DNA of 64,000 bases from Atractiella rhizophila (lineage: Eukaryota). Shown here one piece after another: positions 1 to 11,771 of this stretch. The DNA is taken from positions 10,106-74,105 of the forward strand of contig MU271294.1 in the NCBI GenBank assembly GCA_021432655.1. The letters run 5' to 3'. Position numbers and translations under genes: made by a program. The notes under the pieces were generated by a model. It had not been told where the DNA came from. It did no database searches and saw only the letters and a list, made by a program, of their open reading frames with translations. Position 1 is the first letter of the stretch, and the number at the start of each line of letters is the position of its first letter.

Positions 1-1183
1 CCGCTTGACAGCGAGAACGACTGGCAACTTGCTAAAATGCTGTTTGAGCAGAATGACTTCTGGTGGGCTCAATGGTGCGCAACAGTTTCTTTCGTCCCGT
101 GCAATTCTGAGGTAAACTGTGTAGGTACCATTTGGTTGCCACTCACGAGGTCATCGACATCGTTTACGAAGCTGCTCTGAGGAGCCTGAGCGCTGATCAT
201 CCGTTGCTCGCCATCATGAACCGATGTATGTCCTCCCGCTACTCTTTGCGCGATTCTCACGCCTCTAGACAGTGGCATCTCAAACATTCGCCTACCGTAT
301 CAGCGCGATTCAGACTCTCATCAACGTCGGAGGACCAGTGGACAACTACTTCGCCTGGAGTGGTTCCGCCGCAGGCACTTATTCCAGCAAACTATACTGG
401 TCACAAGCCGCTCCGTGGAAGTCCAACTACTTCAAGACTAACCTCCAGAACCGGGGTTTGGTCAACAGCAAGTTTGGACCTGCGCTGAAATCGTTCCCGT
501 TCTACGAGGACGCATCCGTCATCTACAGCGCCATGAGCGACTATTTCGACCAATTCGTCAGCTCCTACTACACCAGTGACAAGGCGTTGTCGCGTGACCA
601 GGAACTTCAAAACTTCATCGCCGAGACCGTCCCAGCTGGCATCGTCGACTTCCCCACCTCCATCACTCGCCGTTCAGACCTCGTGGACATCCTCACCCAC
701 TTCGGATACCTCGTTTCCGTCCTTCACGGAGTCTTGAACACCAACGACCCCGTCCATACCACAGCCTCGTGAGTCCACCTCCTTGTCACCTTGTCCATGT
801 CTCCTGATCCTGTCTGCAGCCTCCCTCTGCATCCTACAGCTTTTTACTCCCCCCTTCCCACCGAAAAAGGCGTCCAGGACCTCGTGCCCTTCATGCCGAA
901 CGTCACTCAATCCGTTGGACAGATCACTCTGCTCGGTGCATTCAACAGGCCCTTCTTCGAGAACGGCAACCGCACCGTCTCCGAAATGTTCGATGAACAG
1001 GAGCTGCTCGATCGCTCGAACGCCAAGGTTCGATCTGCAGCACAGACTTTCAAGAACAGGATGGTTGCGTTCAGCAAGGTGTTTAAGGCTAGGTCTTTTG
1101 ATGAGAATGGATTGAGTCAAGGAATGCCTTTCGTCTGGACTGTGCTGGACCCGCTAGAAACCCCCTTCTACCTGACTGTCTAA
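1..1183 (+). CDS. Lipoxygenase, fungal manganese-lipoxygenase type (3' part; 5' end lies outside the window; 3 GT-AG introns visible)
   Basis: Spliced reading gives WYHLVATHE (His ligand pair), SVLHGVLN (H-x3-N ligand motif) and the C-terminus PFYLTV-stop, resembling Mn-LOX termini that end in Val. Introns at about 75-125, 226-271 and 769-819. Confidence 0.85.
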
Positions 1184-1675
1184 AAGTGTCGTTTGTATTA
1201 CTCAACCATCGTCTGTTTACAATCGACTTGTGTTCTAGCTTTCTTTGATGATCTATCTGATGAGCGAGACAATTAAAAGTTATCAGCAACTAAAGAAAAC
1301 ATAATCGACGTAAGTCTTCTAGCTCAGAAAAATACACAAGGACATTATCGAACATGGGAGTTCACCGTTCACCTAGCACTACCATTGCACAACGTCACAA
1401 AAACAAAGAGTCGGGATGTTCGCAGCCCTCGATAACTCATCAGGCAAACTCAAACCGCAAATTCATCTTGTTTCACGATCCCCTCCCAATCGCTTGCACG
1501 CCTCTGGGACATTATGGGAAGTGGGAAGTAGGATTGTGGTCGCGTCGGTTATCTTATCACTTGCTTCTTAGGGTTAGGGCAGTTTATCAACCGGAATAAA
1601 TCACCTGATCAGACCACTTTCACAGCAATCCGATCTCAAAAAGGAACGACGAGTGCAGTTTAGTCCTCGAGCAAG

Positions 1676-3774
1676 ATGTCGGCCTCTTCTGCGGCCTCAA
1701 TAACTCTTTTCACACCTCCACACGTCCCTAATCACCCATCGCATCTTGCTTCCTTGATCCCTTCCCAATCGCTTGCACACCTTCCCTCATTTGAGCTCGA
1801 ATCGGGTGAAGTTCTGGAAGATGTTTGGATTGGTTGGAAGAGCTGGGGAAAACTCAATGATGAGAGGAATAATGCAATGGTAGTTTGCCATGCTCTGACC
1901 GGGAGCAGCGATTTAGAGGATTGGTACGTCGAGGCTGTTTGAGAATGGCGTGTGTGTGGTCATGTTCAGGGAGAAAAACTTCTTTTGCTCTGCAAAATCT
2001 CATTGGTTTCCTGGAGGGAGTGACTGCGAGATATTCTGTGAAAAATTGAAAAGTTGTCTGAGTAATCCATTTAGCAGCTTAGATTTGAAATAGGGATGCA
2101 CTTCCCATACACATAGGCTGCTCTGTGTATCTCGAAATCCAGTTGTGCTGATAAATCTCTTTATATAAAGCGCTTTTTTAGCGAAATGACGGCTCGCTGA
2201 AGCTGTCTGCGTAGTTGCTTGAGATCGATTGCATTTTGGCCCTAACCTTTTGTCCCACATTCCTTTTCGTATTGTCGTGCTCTCCAATTCACAGTCGCGC
2301 CATAGCCGCATTTGCTTACACATCTCTTCTTTCCTCAGGTGGGGACCCCTTCTTGGTCCAGGTCTGGCCTTTGACCCAACACGCTATTTTATAATCTGCT
2401 GCAATGTCCTCGGCTCGCCTTACGGTACTTCATCGCCTATCACCGTGAATCCACGTACTGGGAAGCTATATGGGCCAGAATTTCCGTCAACAACGGTACG
2501 GGACGACGTCCGGTACGATTTGCGCTTTTCTTGAACAGTACACCCTTGACACCGATTGCTTGGGGCTTCTTTCTTCCTCATCTCGGGGAAATAGACTACA
2601 CAAACTCCTCCTCGATCGTCTGGGTGTAGAGAGCGTTGCAGTGGTCATTGGGGGGAGCATGGGAGGGATGCAGGCGCTCGAATGGCCCTTGCTGACGCCG
2701 GAGGGATACGTGCAAAACGTTATTCCGATAGCGACCTGTGCAAGACATTCAGCGTGGGGAATTTCCTGGGGAGAAGCTCAACGCCAATCGATATATTCTG
2801 ACCCGAAATATCAAGACGGATATTATGCACTGGATGACGGTCCCTCGGCTGGTTTAGCAGCAGCGAGGATGGCGGCGCTTTTGACGTATCGAAGTAGGGA
2901 CAGCTTCGAATCTCGCTTCGGGAGAAGAGAGCAAGAGTCCCCTCGTGGTAGTGGGGAAATCGACCGAACCTACTCGCCAGCTTTGGAGGCACATAACGAT
3001 GGCCACAAGCGATTTGGCGCTTCGAGAGTCAATCATAAATCTCCTATGTTGGGAGAGGGGAGGGAAGAAGCAGTCCCTCTTGCGGCTGCGAGCCAGAAGA
3101 CCATCTTTCGCGCTCAATCGTACCTCAGATATCAGGGGGACAAGTTCATTTCGCGGTCCGTATTTTGTTGGTTGATCTCCCTCTACTCGATTTTTACGAA
3201 TTGGAAAGCTTCGATGCAAACTGTTATTTGCACATAACCCGCAAAATGGACTCGCACGATGTCTCCCGTGGCCGTCCATCTGCCCCTAATCCTCTATCAA
3301 GGATACCCAAAGGAGCGTTGGTGATGGCCATCTCTTCGGATGGTCTATTCACGATGACGGAACAGGAAGAGTTAGCAAACAACATTCCTGAGGTCAGTCT
3401 TGTCGCCTAGTATTTTTATCGCAGCGTTGAATTAGGAGACAGGCAAAGCTTGTTATCATTCAATCGCCCGATGGGCACGACGGCTTTCTCCTTGGTGGGT
3501 TCCTCCTCCTCCGATAAATAACGCTTTTCATTTTACTGAAACAGAATTCGAGCAAATAAATTCTCACATCCTCTCATTTCTGCACTCTCGTCTACCCTCC
3601 ATCTACGAGGGAGAACCGATCATGAAAGTTGAAGGAGATGGAGTGGAGCACAGTTTTCAGGTGAAGAAGCCGAGCCTGTTTGGAGAAGCTGAAGGTGCTT
3701 CTGACGAGGAGGGAGAGCGCAAAGGGGTGGGAGTGGAGGAAGTGAGCAGCGAGCCAGATGTGACGCGCTGGTAA
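1676..3774 (+). CDS. MET2: Homoserine O-acetyltransferase, 6 exons
   Basis: Motifs VCHALTGS, WWGPLLGPG, CNVLGSPYG, nucleophile GGSMGG, SYLRYQG, FDANCY, SPDGHDGFLLEFEQIN and C-terminus DVTRW-stop (TAA 3772-3774). First intron 1924-2338, then short GT-AG introns. Confidence 0.93.
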
Positions 3775-4023
3775 TCCTTTTCCTCCGTTGTTTCTCTCTT
3801 GTTTCTGGCTTTCGGTTTGAGACTACAATCGAAGTAGAGAATAGAATTGGTATCGTTGTATTCACATCAAAGCGTCCCTGTCATCGTGCCCCACCTTGCA
3901 CAACCATCAACCATGTCATCCATCCATCACCATGCATCATCTATCACCATGTATTCTGTATTCCATTCCGGATGCGTCCTCCAGAGCCGTCTCTCAGCGC
4001 TCAACAATATCCATTAATCGACT

Positions 4024-6046
4024 TCACTCTCTTCCTTTCCTCTGCTCCGTGGCCACCCGACCAAAGATCAACCACCTCCCGAACCTCCAAAGCAGCCAGA
4101 TCAAGAACCCCTCAAAAGTGATCCTTCTAGCAAGGACGAGCAATGCCTCGAGAACGTCCTCCCCCTCCCGCCTGCCCCTCGGGAACAACAACCTCCTGAC
4201 GAGGGGGAACGCGAGCGCATTATGCGAGGTGGACGCTCCTCCTTGCCCTCTCCCTTGAGCCTGCCCCAATCCTGATGCTCCAACAGGGTTCGAAGACGAT
4301 TCCAAGCGCTCTAATCTGGCGGAGATGCGTGAGAGGGAGAGCATGATATGGTCCAACGTCGCCTGGGTAGCCGTAGTCGCGTTCCCTCCTCCTCCTCCTC
4401 CAATCCCTCCCACTCCTGGTCCACCAGGTGTGACGCGTCCGCCTGCGCTTCCCGCTCTAGCCTGAAGAGGGGGGACGGGCAAGGGCATGATGGTACTCTC
4501 GCTCCCTCTCACCCGTCCCGTTCCCCCTCCGCTCCGCTCTAACCTTCCTAGGTTCTCCCTCGACAGTGGGAGGACTCTACTACCCCCAACTCCAAGCGAC
4601 ATCGACTGCTCTGCTCTTCCACCGGGGCCGGTAGATCCGGAGAGGACAGATCCGGGGGGACTCAACATTCCCCCACTCCCTCCCCGTCCCGGTCGAACTG
4701 GCGGTCGACGAGGTGTTGGGTCTGGATCTTCAGAGTCGGATATGGAGCTACCTTCTGAACCGGACTCCTCTGCTATCCTCTCCCTCTCCCTCCCCCCTCT
4801 TCCGGGGACGATGCGAGCACTCGTTGGATGGGAGGAGCGGGAGGAGTGAGGGGGAGGGAGAAGGGAGGAGCCAGAACCGGTCGTTGAGGGTGGGTAGACG
4901 GGGCGTTGGTATTGGTGTTGGTGTTGACGGGTGGAAGTGGAGAGTAGATCCGAACTTGTGATTGAGGGTGGACCGCGTTGAGGATGCGGAGGGGGACGGG
5001 CGGATGTGGATGTGGATTGGAGAGGCGGAGGAGGCCGCTGTGGAGGGGAGTCGAGGGATGAATCTGAAGCTTTATTCGTCAGCCATCACACCGCAGAGTA
5101 TATCAAGTAGAGGAAGAAAGGCACCTGATTCAGAACTGCCTTCCTCCTCTTCCTCTTCCTCTCGTTCAGCATGTTTGGAAAGCGAAAGCTCGCGTATCCA
5201 GACCTTAGCCTGTTTCTCATCTTTGAAGTTACCCAGTATCTATCAACCTTCCTATCAGTTTCCGAGCCTAAATCGATGTATGAAAGAAAAAGAAAACGAA
5301 CAGATACGAGGACGTCTCCGTATCCCTTTTCGGCTTCGGTCTTGGATAAGGCACGACGACGGTTCCATGCGTCCCTGTGTCAAGCTGATCAGTGTGTTTC
5401 CTCCTTGTGAGAGAAGAGGAAGTGAGACTTACCATTTTGAACGGCCTAGGACGTCCCATACGCCTGGACGGGGTGTCGTTGGTGGTCCTTCGGTTGCTGT
5501 TCCCATGATCTACGTCTCAGCATGGACATCGGAATGAGGAGATAGCGATTTGCCGTGCAAAAGTGGAAACTTTGGATGAAAAGAAAGTGGGGCTGAGCAT
5601 GACGACGTAAATATCTAAGGGAATATAATAATGAGGAAGAGAAAGGGAAAATAAAATACAGGAAAGTAACAATAACGAAAGGAGAATAAATTGAAGACAA
5701 CATTGTAAACCATGGAATAAATACGAAGACGAAAGCATAAGGGGTATAAACGAGATGAGAAGATAAGGTGTAAGAAGGAATAAATGAAGGGAATATGAGG
5801 ACAGTAAAGAAAAGGAAATAGATATGAAAAGAGGCAAATAAAACGATGACCTACCCTGTTTATACAGACTGTAGAGCTGCAGCTTGTCATCGTAGGATGT
5901 CTGGATAGGTCCAGACTTTGGAAGTGACTGGACTATGCGCACGCTGCTTTCAAATCGGCTGTATGCATGTAAATATTAAGGAATGTCATGTGAAGCCGTG
6001 TCGGTCAGGGAAAGAGAACGCACGAGTGGATGGCCCTGTCAGACAT
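4024..6046 (-). CDS. Acyl-CoA-binding (ACBP) domain protein with Pro/Ser-rich linker and hydrophobic C-terminus (ACBD5/Atg37-like), multi-exon
   Basis: Spliced exons give MSDRAIHSRFESSVRIVQSLPKSGPIQTSYDDKLQLYSLYKQ-ATEG...RPGVWDVLGRSKW-DAWN, the ACBP signature. ATG at 6046. The last exon runs into ORF 4024-4668, which ends in FEGFLIWLLWRFGRWLIF. Confidence 0.82.
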
Positions 6047-8350
6047 CTTTTGCTCTATGCCTATGCTGTGTTGACTCTGTTGCAGGGAGTGACGGTGTTG
6101 AAGAGGACGCCGACGAAGGAAAGAGGCGAGAGTAAGGAATGTATGAATGATGATGAATGTCGAAGGTAGCCGGAGACCGGTGTTTGGTTGGAAGGCTCAA
6201 TCTAGCACTTAACCAAAAAAATTCAGCCATTCCTGACGCGCAAACTGGACGTGTTCTTTGGCCTGCACCGCTGCCATGTCCTACCCTCAAGCAAGCACTT
6301 GCTAGTATCACAGTTGCCAAGAGAAAGAAAGGCGCACCGCGTGATAATGTTGTTGTGAAGCAGTTCTCCTATCTTCAATAGATAGGTGGACAGGATACAG
6401 TCAACAGCAGGGAATGTCGGGAAGAGAGAATGTGCCATCTTTCGAGTACGTGACTTTCTTTTGGAAGAGCCAGAGATTTGGAGGAGATGATGAACGCATA
6501 CATTTCTTCACTTTCTGACCTTAGCGCTCTTCATCCATTTGATGGTTGATGAGCGTCGAAGGAGAGAAGAATAGTGACATGCTCTTCCTGATCGTCCAAC
6601 TTCTTCATCTCTTTCATGCATCGTATTGAAATCAATGAAGGCTCATCGGACTTTTTAGTGATGGACACCAAGACTGTCGGACAATGCGGCGCCGTCAGAA
6701 AGTAGGACGGCAAGTTCCAACACAGATGATGGAGTGCACCGTTTCCCAATGTATCCAGCAGTCGACTCAAGCCGAAACATCTGAACAGTCATACATGCCG
6801 TATAGAAGCGAAAACAGTGAGTTGGCTCGTTCCTCATTCTGTATCTTCCTTCAGCGTGGTGTGAGCAAAAGTGATGATGTCCAATATTCTAACCTCTAGA
6901 TGATTCTTATGCCATAGTATGAGAGCGAGAACTGTCTTCATACTGATCTAACTTTAGTCGGCTCGTTTATTACAGACGAAAAGAAAACTGACTTTGGAAG
7001 GGGCTTTAGGATCACCCCAAAGAAAGAAGTCCCTCATCCGACCGACCATAAGCAGGTGAGCATTTCCTCCTCCGGGTTGCAAAACGCCGTTTGAAAGAAT
7101 GATGAAAAAGAGCATGACGCTCGAACATAAACCCAGCTCGTCGACTGCCCTCCTCTCTCTGCGGAGAGAATAGGTTGGAGCGTGAGATCAATGTTTATTC
7201 TGATTCCTAAACTCTACGCAAATATTCACTCGGATTGACGCTGATATCCATGTTTTCTATGGCCAGGAAAGTATCAGCCGTCTATTGTTCGGGTGGGCAG
7301 CCGAGAAGGTCACCGCTTGAGAAGGCGAGTTCATCCTTTCTTCCTCTCATTCGAAACGGAGCTCGAGCTCGTCGTGATGAATAAAAGATAATCAGCATGT
7401 ATTTTCTGATCCTCAGAGAGGAATTGCAGAATGCAGTCTCTATCTATACTGTCTGAACATTTCTTCGTTACTTGCCTCTCGGAACGGGAACTGATGAGTC
7501 CCAACGTTTAGGCACAGAAGTCGAATAGTGGGTGCACAAAGTGTTGGGCAGTCGGAAGGAGTCCCTAACACTTCAATCCCGCTATTGTGAGTCTCCCTAG
7601 TGAGCGTCGATTGCAGCAATGATGCTACAAAGTGCCACTCGTGTGCATCCTGAAGTGCCAGAGGACAAAAGGTGGAAACGGCACGTCTCTGTTTTGACAT
7701 CTTGTACAGAGCATTTTCTGAGCCGTCCCTCTTGAACCATCCTGACGGAGTGTGATGCTGACTTGTATAATGCTGCCTAGGTCCCTTCCCAAGCACCGCC
7801 TTGCCTTAACCAGTTATCCCTGTCCAACGCGACGACGATTTCTTGAGAGTGTGGCGACCTAGTCTTGTGGCATCTCAGTTCAGTTGATCACCTTCCTCTG
7901 GCGTGCTGCAGAATATCAATGTGAGCTAACGTATTATCCATGTCCATCCACAATTTTGGCAATGATGAAAAAAGCTGCCACGTTCTGGGATAGTCTGAAC
8001 CGTTTTCCACGGGCGGTGAAGGAGAGACAGCAGGACTCTGCTTGTTGGGGCAGAGCATTTTCTGAGCCGCCCATGATAAATGCAATGAGGAAAATGGCGC
8101 TGACGCTGCTGACGAGGATGCAGGCTATGGAGCTGTAACGCGGAACGGAGAATAGGATTGCATTAGACAACAAAACCTGCTGGAATGAATAATTAAGGAA
8201 CAACGCAAAAGTCGAAGAGTCAGCAATTTTGTGCATACCCGACTATCTCCAGAGTGCATGAAGGGAAGGTCATAGAAAGAAGAAAAGATCACATTATCGC
8301 ACGCAAAGTGCCAGAACGAATTGTAATGTTTGGAATTGGAATGTAGAAGT

Positions 8351-9338
8351 TTAGACCTCCTTGTAGGGATACTCAAACGTCGCATCCTTCCTCCTCCATC
8401 GCTTTTGCCTAAAGACCAATCAGGCTACAATCTCGTTAGGGAAGTCAAAGCAACATACTTTTTCTTGCTGACAACATGTTCAGTCCATACTTCTGTGCAG
8501 TATTCCGACTTGAATTTCCTGATGAAGCTCGGGTCCCTGTCCACGCAAAACGCAACCGTTACGTGAAAAAATGGCTAATAAATGGATTGGAGTGCGTGAG
8601 AACGCACCAAAGTTCAGAGGCGATTCCCAAATCCTTGCAGCACCTCATCAGAGCGTTACTCTTCGCCGCCTCTGCAGCAGTGGGTATACCAGCTGGGTCG
8701 AAGAATTCTTGTTCGCCACGGGCCATGCCGACCATTCTACATCCCAGGCCATAAATCATCTCAGCTGTCTGCACATTCAACTGCATAAGAATAAGAAACG
8801 CACCGCCCAAGACACACGAGCGCGTACTCCCGGCTCACCAGCCTTTGCGCTGAGATGTCGAGGTCGGAACGGGGAGCGAGACCCCATCCTCCTGGTCCGA
8901 ACGCCTGGTTCAAAATACGGCGGTACTTGATTTCAGGAAGGTAGATCAGCCCATCTATTTTCACATAATCTCAAACCCACGACATATACGAGCAAGAGAG
9001 GGCATACCAGGTTTCATTTCAACATCTGCCGGGTCGATAGGCTTGAGCAGAATGTCTGCGATTTCCTTCTCGAAAGGCGCCTGTGAGAGTCCGTAGAAGG
9101 AAGTGCTCCAATCTTCCCCCTCTGCATTCTCTCTAGACACTGCATCCACCGCATATGTCGCAGAAGGAAGCTTCGCTTCTGCCCTCGCGGGGAAGGAGGT
9201 GGTCGAGTTGTTGTAGCTCGCTGGCCGCGCTGCTGTCGTCGCCCCGTTGGCGGAGGCTGGTTTCGTAGCTGCTGGAGCGGCGGTTGTGTACCGTCTGGCG
9301 GTGCGGAGGAGTTGAGAGGAGTAGCGTAGGCGTTGCAT
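8351..9338 (-). CDS. MGM101: Mitochondrial genome maintenance protein Mgm101, 5 exons
   Basis: Arg/Ala-rich presequence, then [67 protein letters not shown] and the end [12 protein letters not shown]. Confidence 0.93.
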
Positions 9339-9949
9339 GTTCTTTTCGTTGTCGTCTTGCTCAATGGTGTCTCATAAATGACTCACACGCCAGCACAACA
9401 ATCAACAAAAGGTGGTGGAGATGAAATAAATGGAACAAAGTAACGTCTATGTGTACATCTCTTCTTAGAGTTGCGGGCAGCTTGAGGCGACGTGTCTCTA
9501 ACTCTTAGCACCGAGAAATAAGCATCACTGTCATAATTGTCCATCGAATAGACTTTTATAGAGGCACCTGTCCCATACTCTAGTCAGCGATTCCCTCCAA
9601 AGCAAAGATTACAAAGAAACGGACCAAATACTCCGCATAAATACTGCTCAACGTCAGTGGCAGTCCCAACTTCCACTTCACACAAAATTGACGCCACTCT
9701 TTGTCCCATTTTCTTTGCCCTTCAATCTGTCCCTCTTCTGCCTTACCCATTTTCAGATTTTCGGTTGTAACTTCCTTCCAACTTTGTCTCCCTCCTCGTC
9801 TTGGCAATCATTTCCTTCTCAAACACTGTATGTTCGACATGGCATTGGTGGTTGAATAAAAGTGTGCGAAGAAAAGATCCCTCGACGAGCAGTGGTGGAA
9901 ACTGTGGGGCCAGAAGGGAGGAGAAGGAGGACATGCTGTCCGTATCTGT

Positions 9950-10400
9950 GGGACACTTTCTGGTACTGTGGACAGGCGAGGGATACCACCGCCTGGTGTC
10001 GTGGTCGGTACAGGAGGGAAGGGGTTGATCCCATAGTCAAACAGATATTGTACGCTTGCCCACCACCGCCATGGCAGTCATAGGGAATCTTCAGTATGCT
10101 CAAGGCGTCTCCTTCGTGGGTTTTATGGAGTTTTTGAGGAGCTCAAATATCACATATTTCTATCTCCATCAACTATTGCAAGACACAAAATGAAACAAAA
10201 CGTACTCAAGATGTTCTTCGACGCAAGTAAACTCTCGCCCCATTACCAACAAAATCCAGAATGATTGTCCCTAGCTTGTCATCCACCTTCTCCCCTCTGG
10301 CCTCCTGCAGCGTCAACATTTCAGCTTCCTATCCACAATCCATCCTCCTTCCCCTCCTCTCTTCAAATTGACGCGAAAGGGCAACGTATCTTAGTCTATC
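9950..10400 (-). pseudogene. Decayed gene of unknown family, paralogous to 31540-31910
   Basis: Nucleotide similarity to the 31.6-kb region (gagctcaaatatca...actcaagatgt), a shared GT donor after 'catcttga', and similar broken peptides containing stops. Confidence 0.35.
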
Positions 10401-11771
10401 CCCCTAAGAATATTGACTGCGGCAGGGAAATGGGGAATTTGGCGTGGGAGCATAAGTCTCGACAGTCTTTTTGGGTAGAATGGTTGCCTATTGCCTAAAA
10501 ACATGTTCAATCACTTTCTACCCCAGAGTGCACGGTGACGTGGACCAACCACCAGCTCCCTTCCCATGGGATTATTCTTTTGTTGCACACAGTAGCGCAT
10601 ATCATCAGAATTAAATATTTTCGACGCATCAAACTCGCCCTCAGTGTCAACCCTGCCACGGTGGATTAGCCACATTCGTAAATTTCATATCCAACTCTCA
10701 TTTCAGCATCCGTGTGGCCGCTGTAGCATGAATATCGACTCTTGATCTACGATGAGGGTCATGCCACCGTGGCTGATCTATAGCATGGGTAAACAGGATG
10801 GAGCAGGATGAAGCAGGGAAAGGACAAAGAAAGATACAGACACCGGTGCGTCCCTTCTTTCGCACCAAACAGGGATAAGTGTGAAGTAATAATTTGTCAA
10901 ACAATGTCATCTCCAGACCCATGTATGGCCTAAAACCTATTGTCCTTGAAAATTTCACTTTTTTAGCACACTAAGCTGAACCAAGCTGCTCGTATATTGG
11001 GGCTTTCATTGGATAATCAACAAATATCACTGTGTTTTGGTCTCTAACCCTCGCTACTGCAATCGAGGTGTAGGGCGACCAACTTGAGGCTCGACAGACG
11101 TGTCAAGAATGAAAAGGCTTCATTGATAGACCTGTGTTGTTTTATATCCTGGTTGGTCAGGCGTACTCGCATTTCGGGCTTGTTTTCTTCTTTTGTGAAA
11201 TTGTGTCAAATTATCTTCATTGCAGCTCGTGCAATTTAATCAAGCCCCGAGCCACAGGATTAATCTGTAAGGGAACGTTGACTCCGAATTCCTTGTTTTC
11301 TATCTGAACAATCGTGTAGTCGTAAGGCTTCCAACGAAGCTCTGTCACCGGCAGTTTCACCAGCAACACCGCTCTTATTCCTGCCCCAATCAGATCGAAT
11401 CAGACTTGTCACAAATTCATTTCCTCTTTCAACTTGGAAGAGGATCAGACGAAGTGCTACAATGTCTGGGTGCACTTATTCTATCTGGTTTCCGATGCTG
11501 GGATAGAAATAATTCTGCTCACACCTCAGTGGGCAGCATAACTGACGGCAAGGAGAGCAGGAGAGCATGTTTTACAATGTGATTGCAATAAGTTGCTGGA
11601 TATGACCTTCCACCAAACATGTTCCAGCGAGGCGCAGTCCTTCAAGTCTTGATCTCGATCAGCGGAACGGAAGCCTTCACCGTCCGGACGCCAGTCCAGC
11701 AACAGCCCAAACAGTCGCCTAATCCATCAACTCCTACAAACGGTTCTACGACCTCCATCCTCACCATTGCG

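Noticed and set aside
6400..8300. Possible gene or TE relic between the ACBP gene and MGM101
   Set aside because: Only short ORFs and scattered splice-like sites. I could not assemble a coherent protein or recognise a family.
10500..11560. AT-richer segment (also 14200-15050) as a possible DNA-transposon remnant
   Set aside because: No terminal inverted repeats, target-site duplications or transposase motifs identified by eye.
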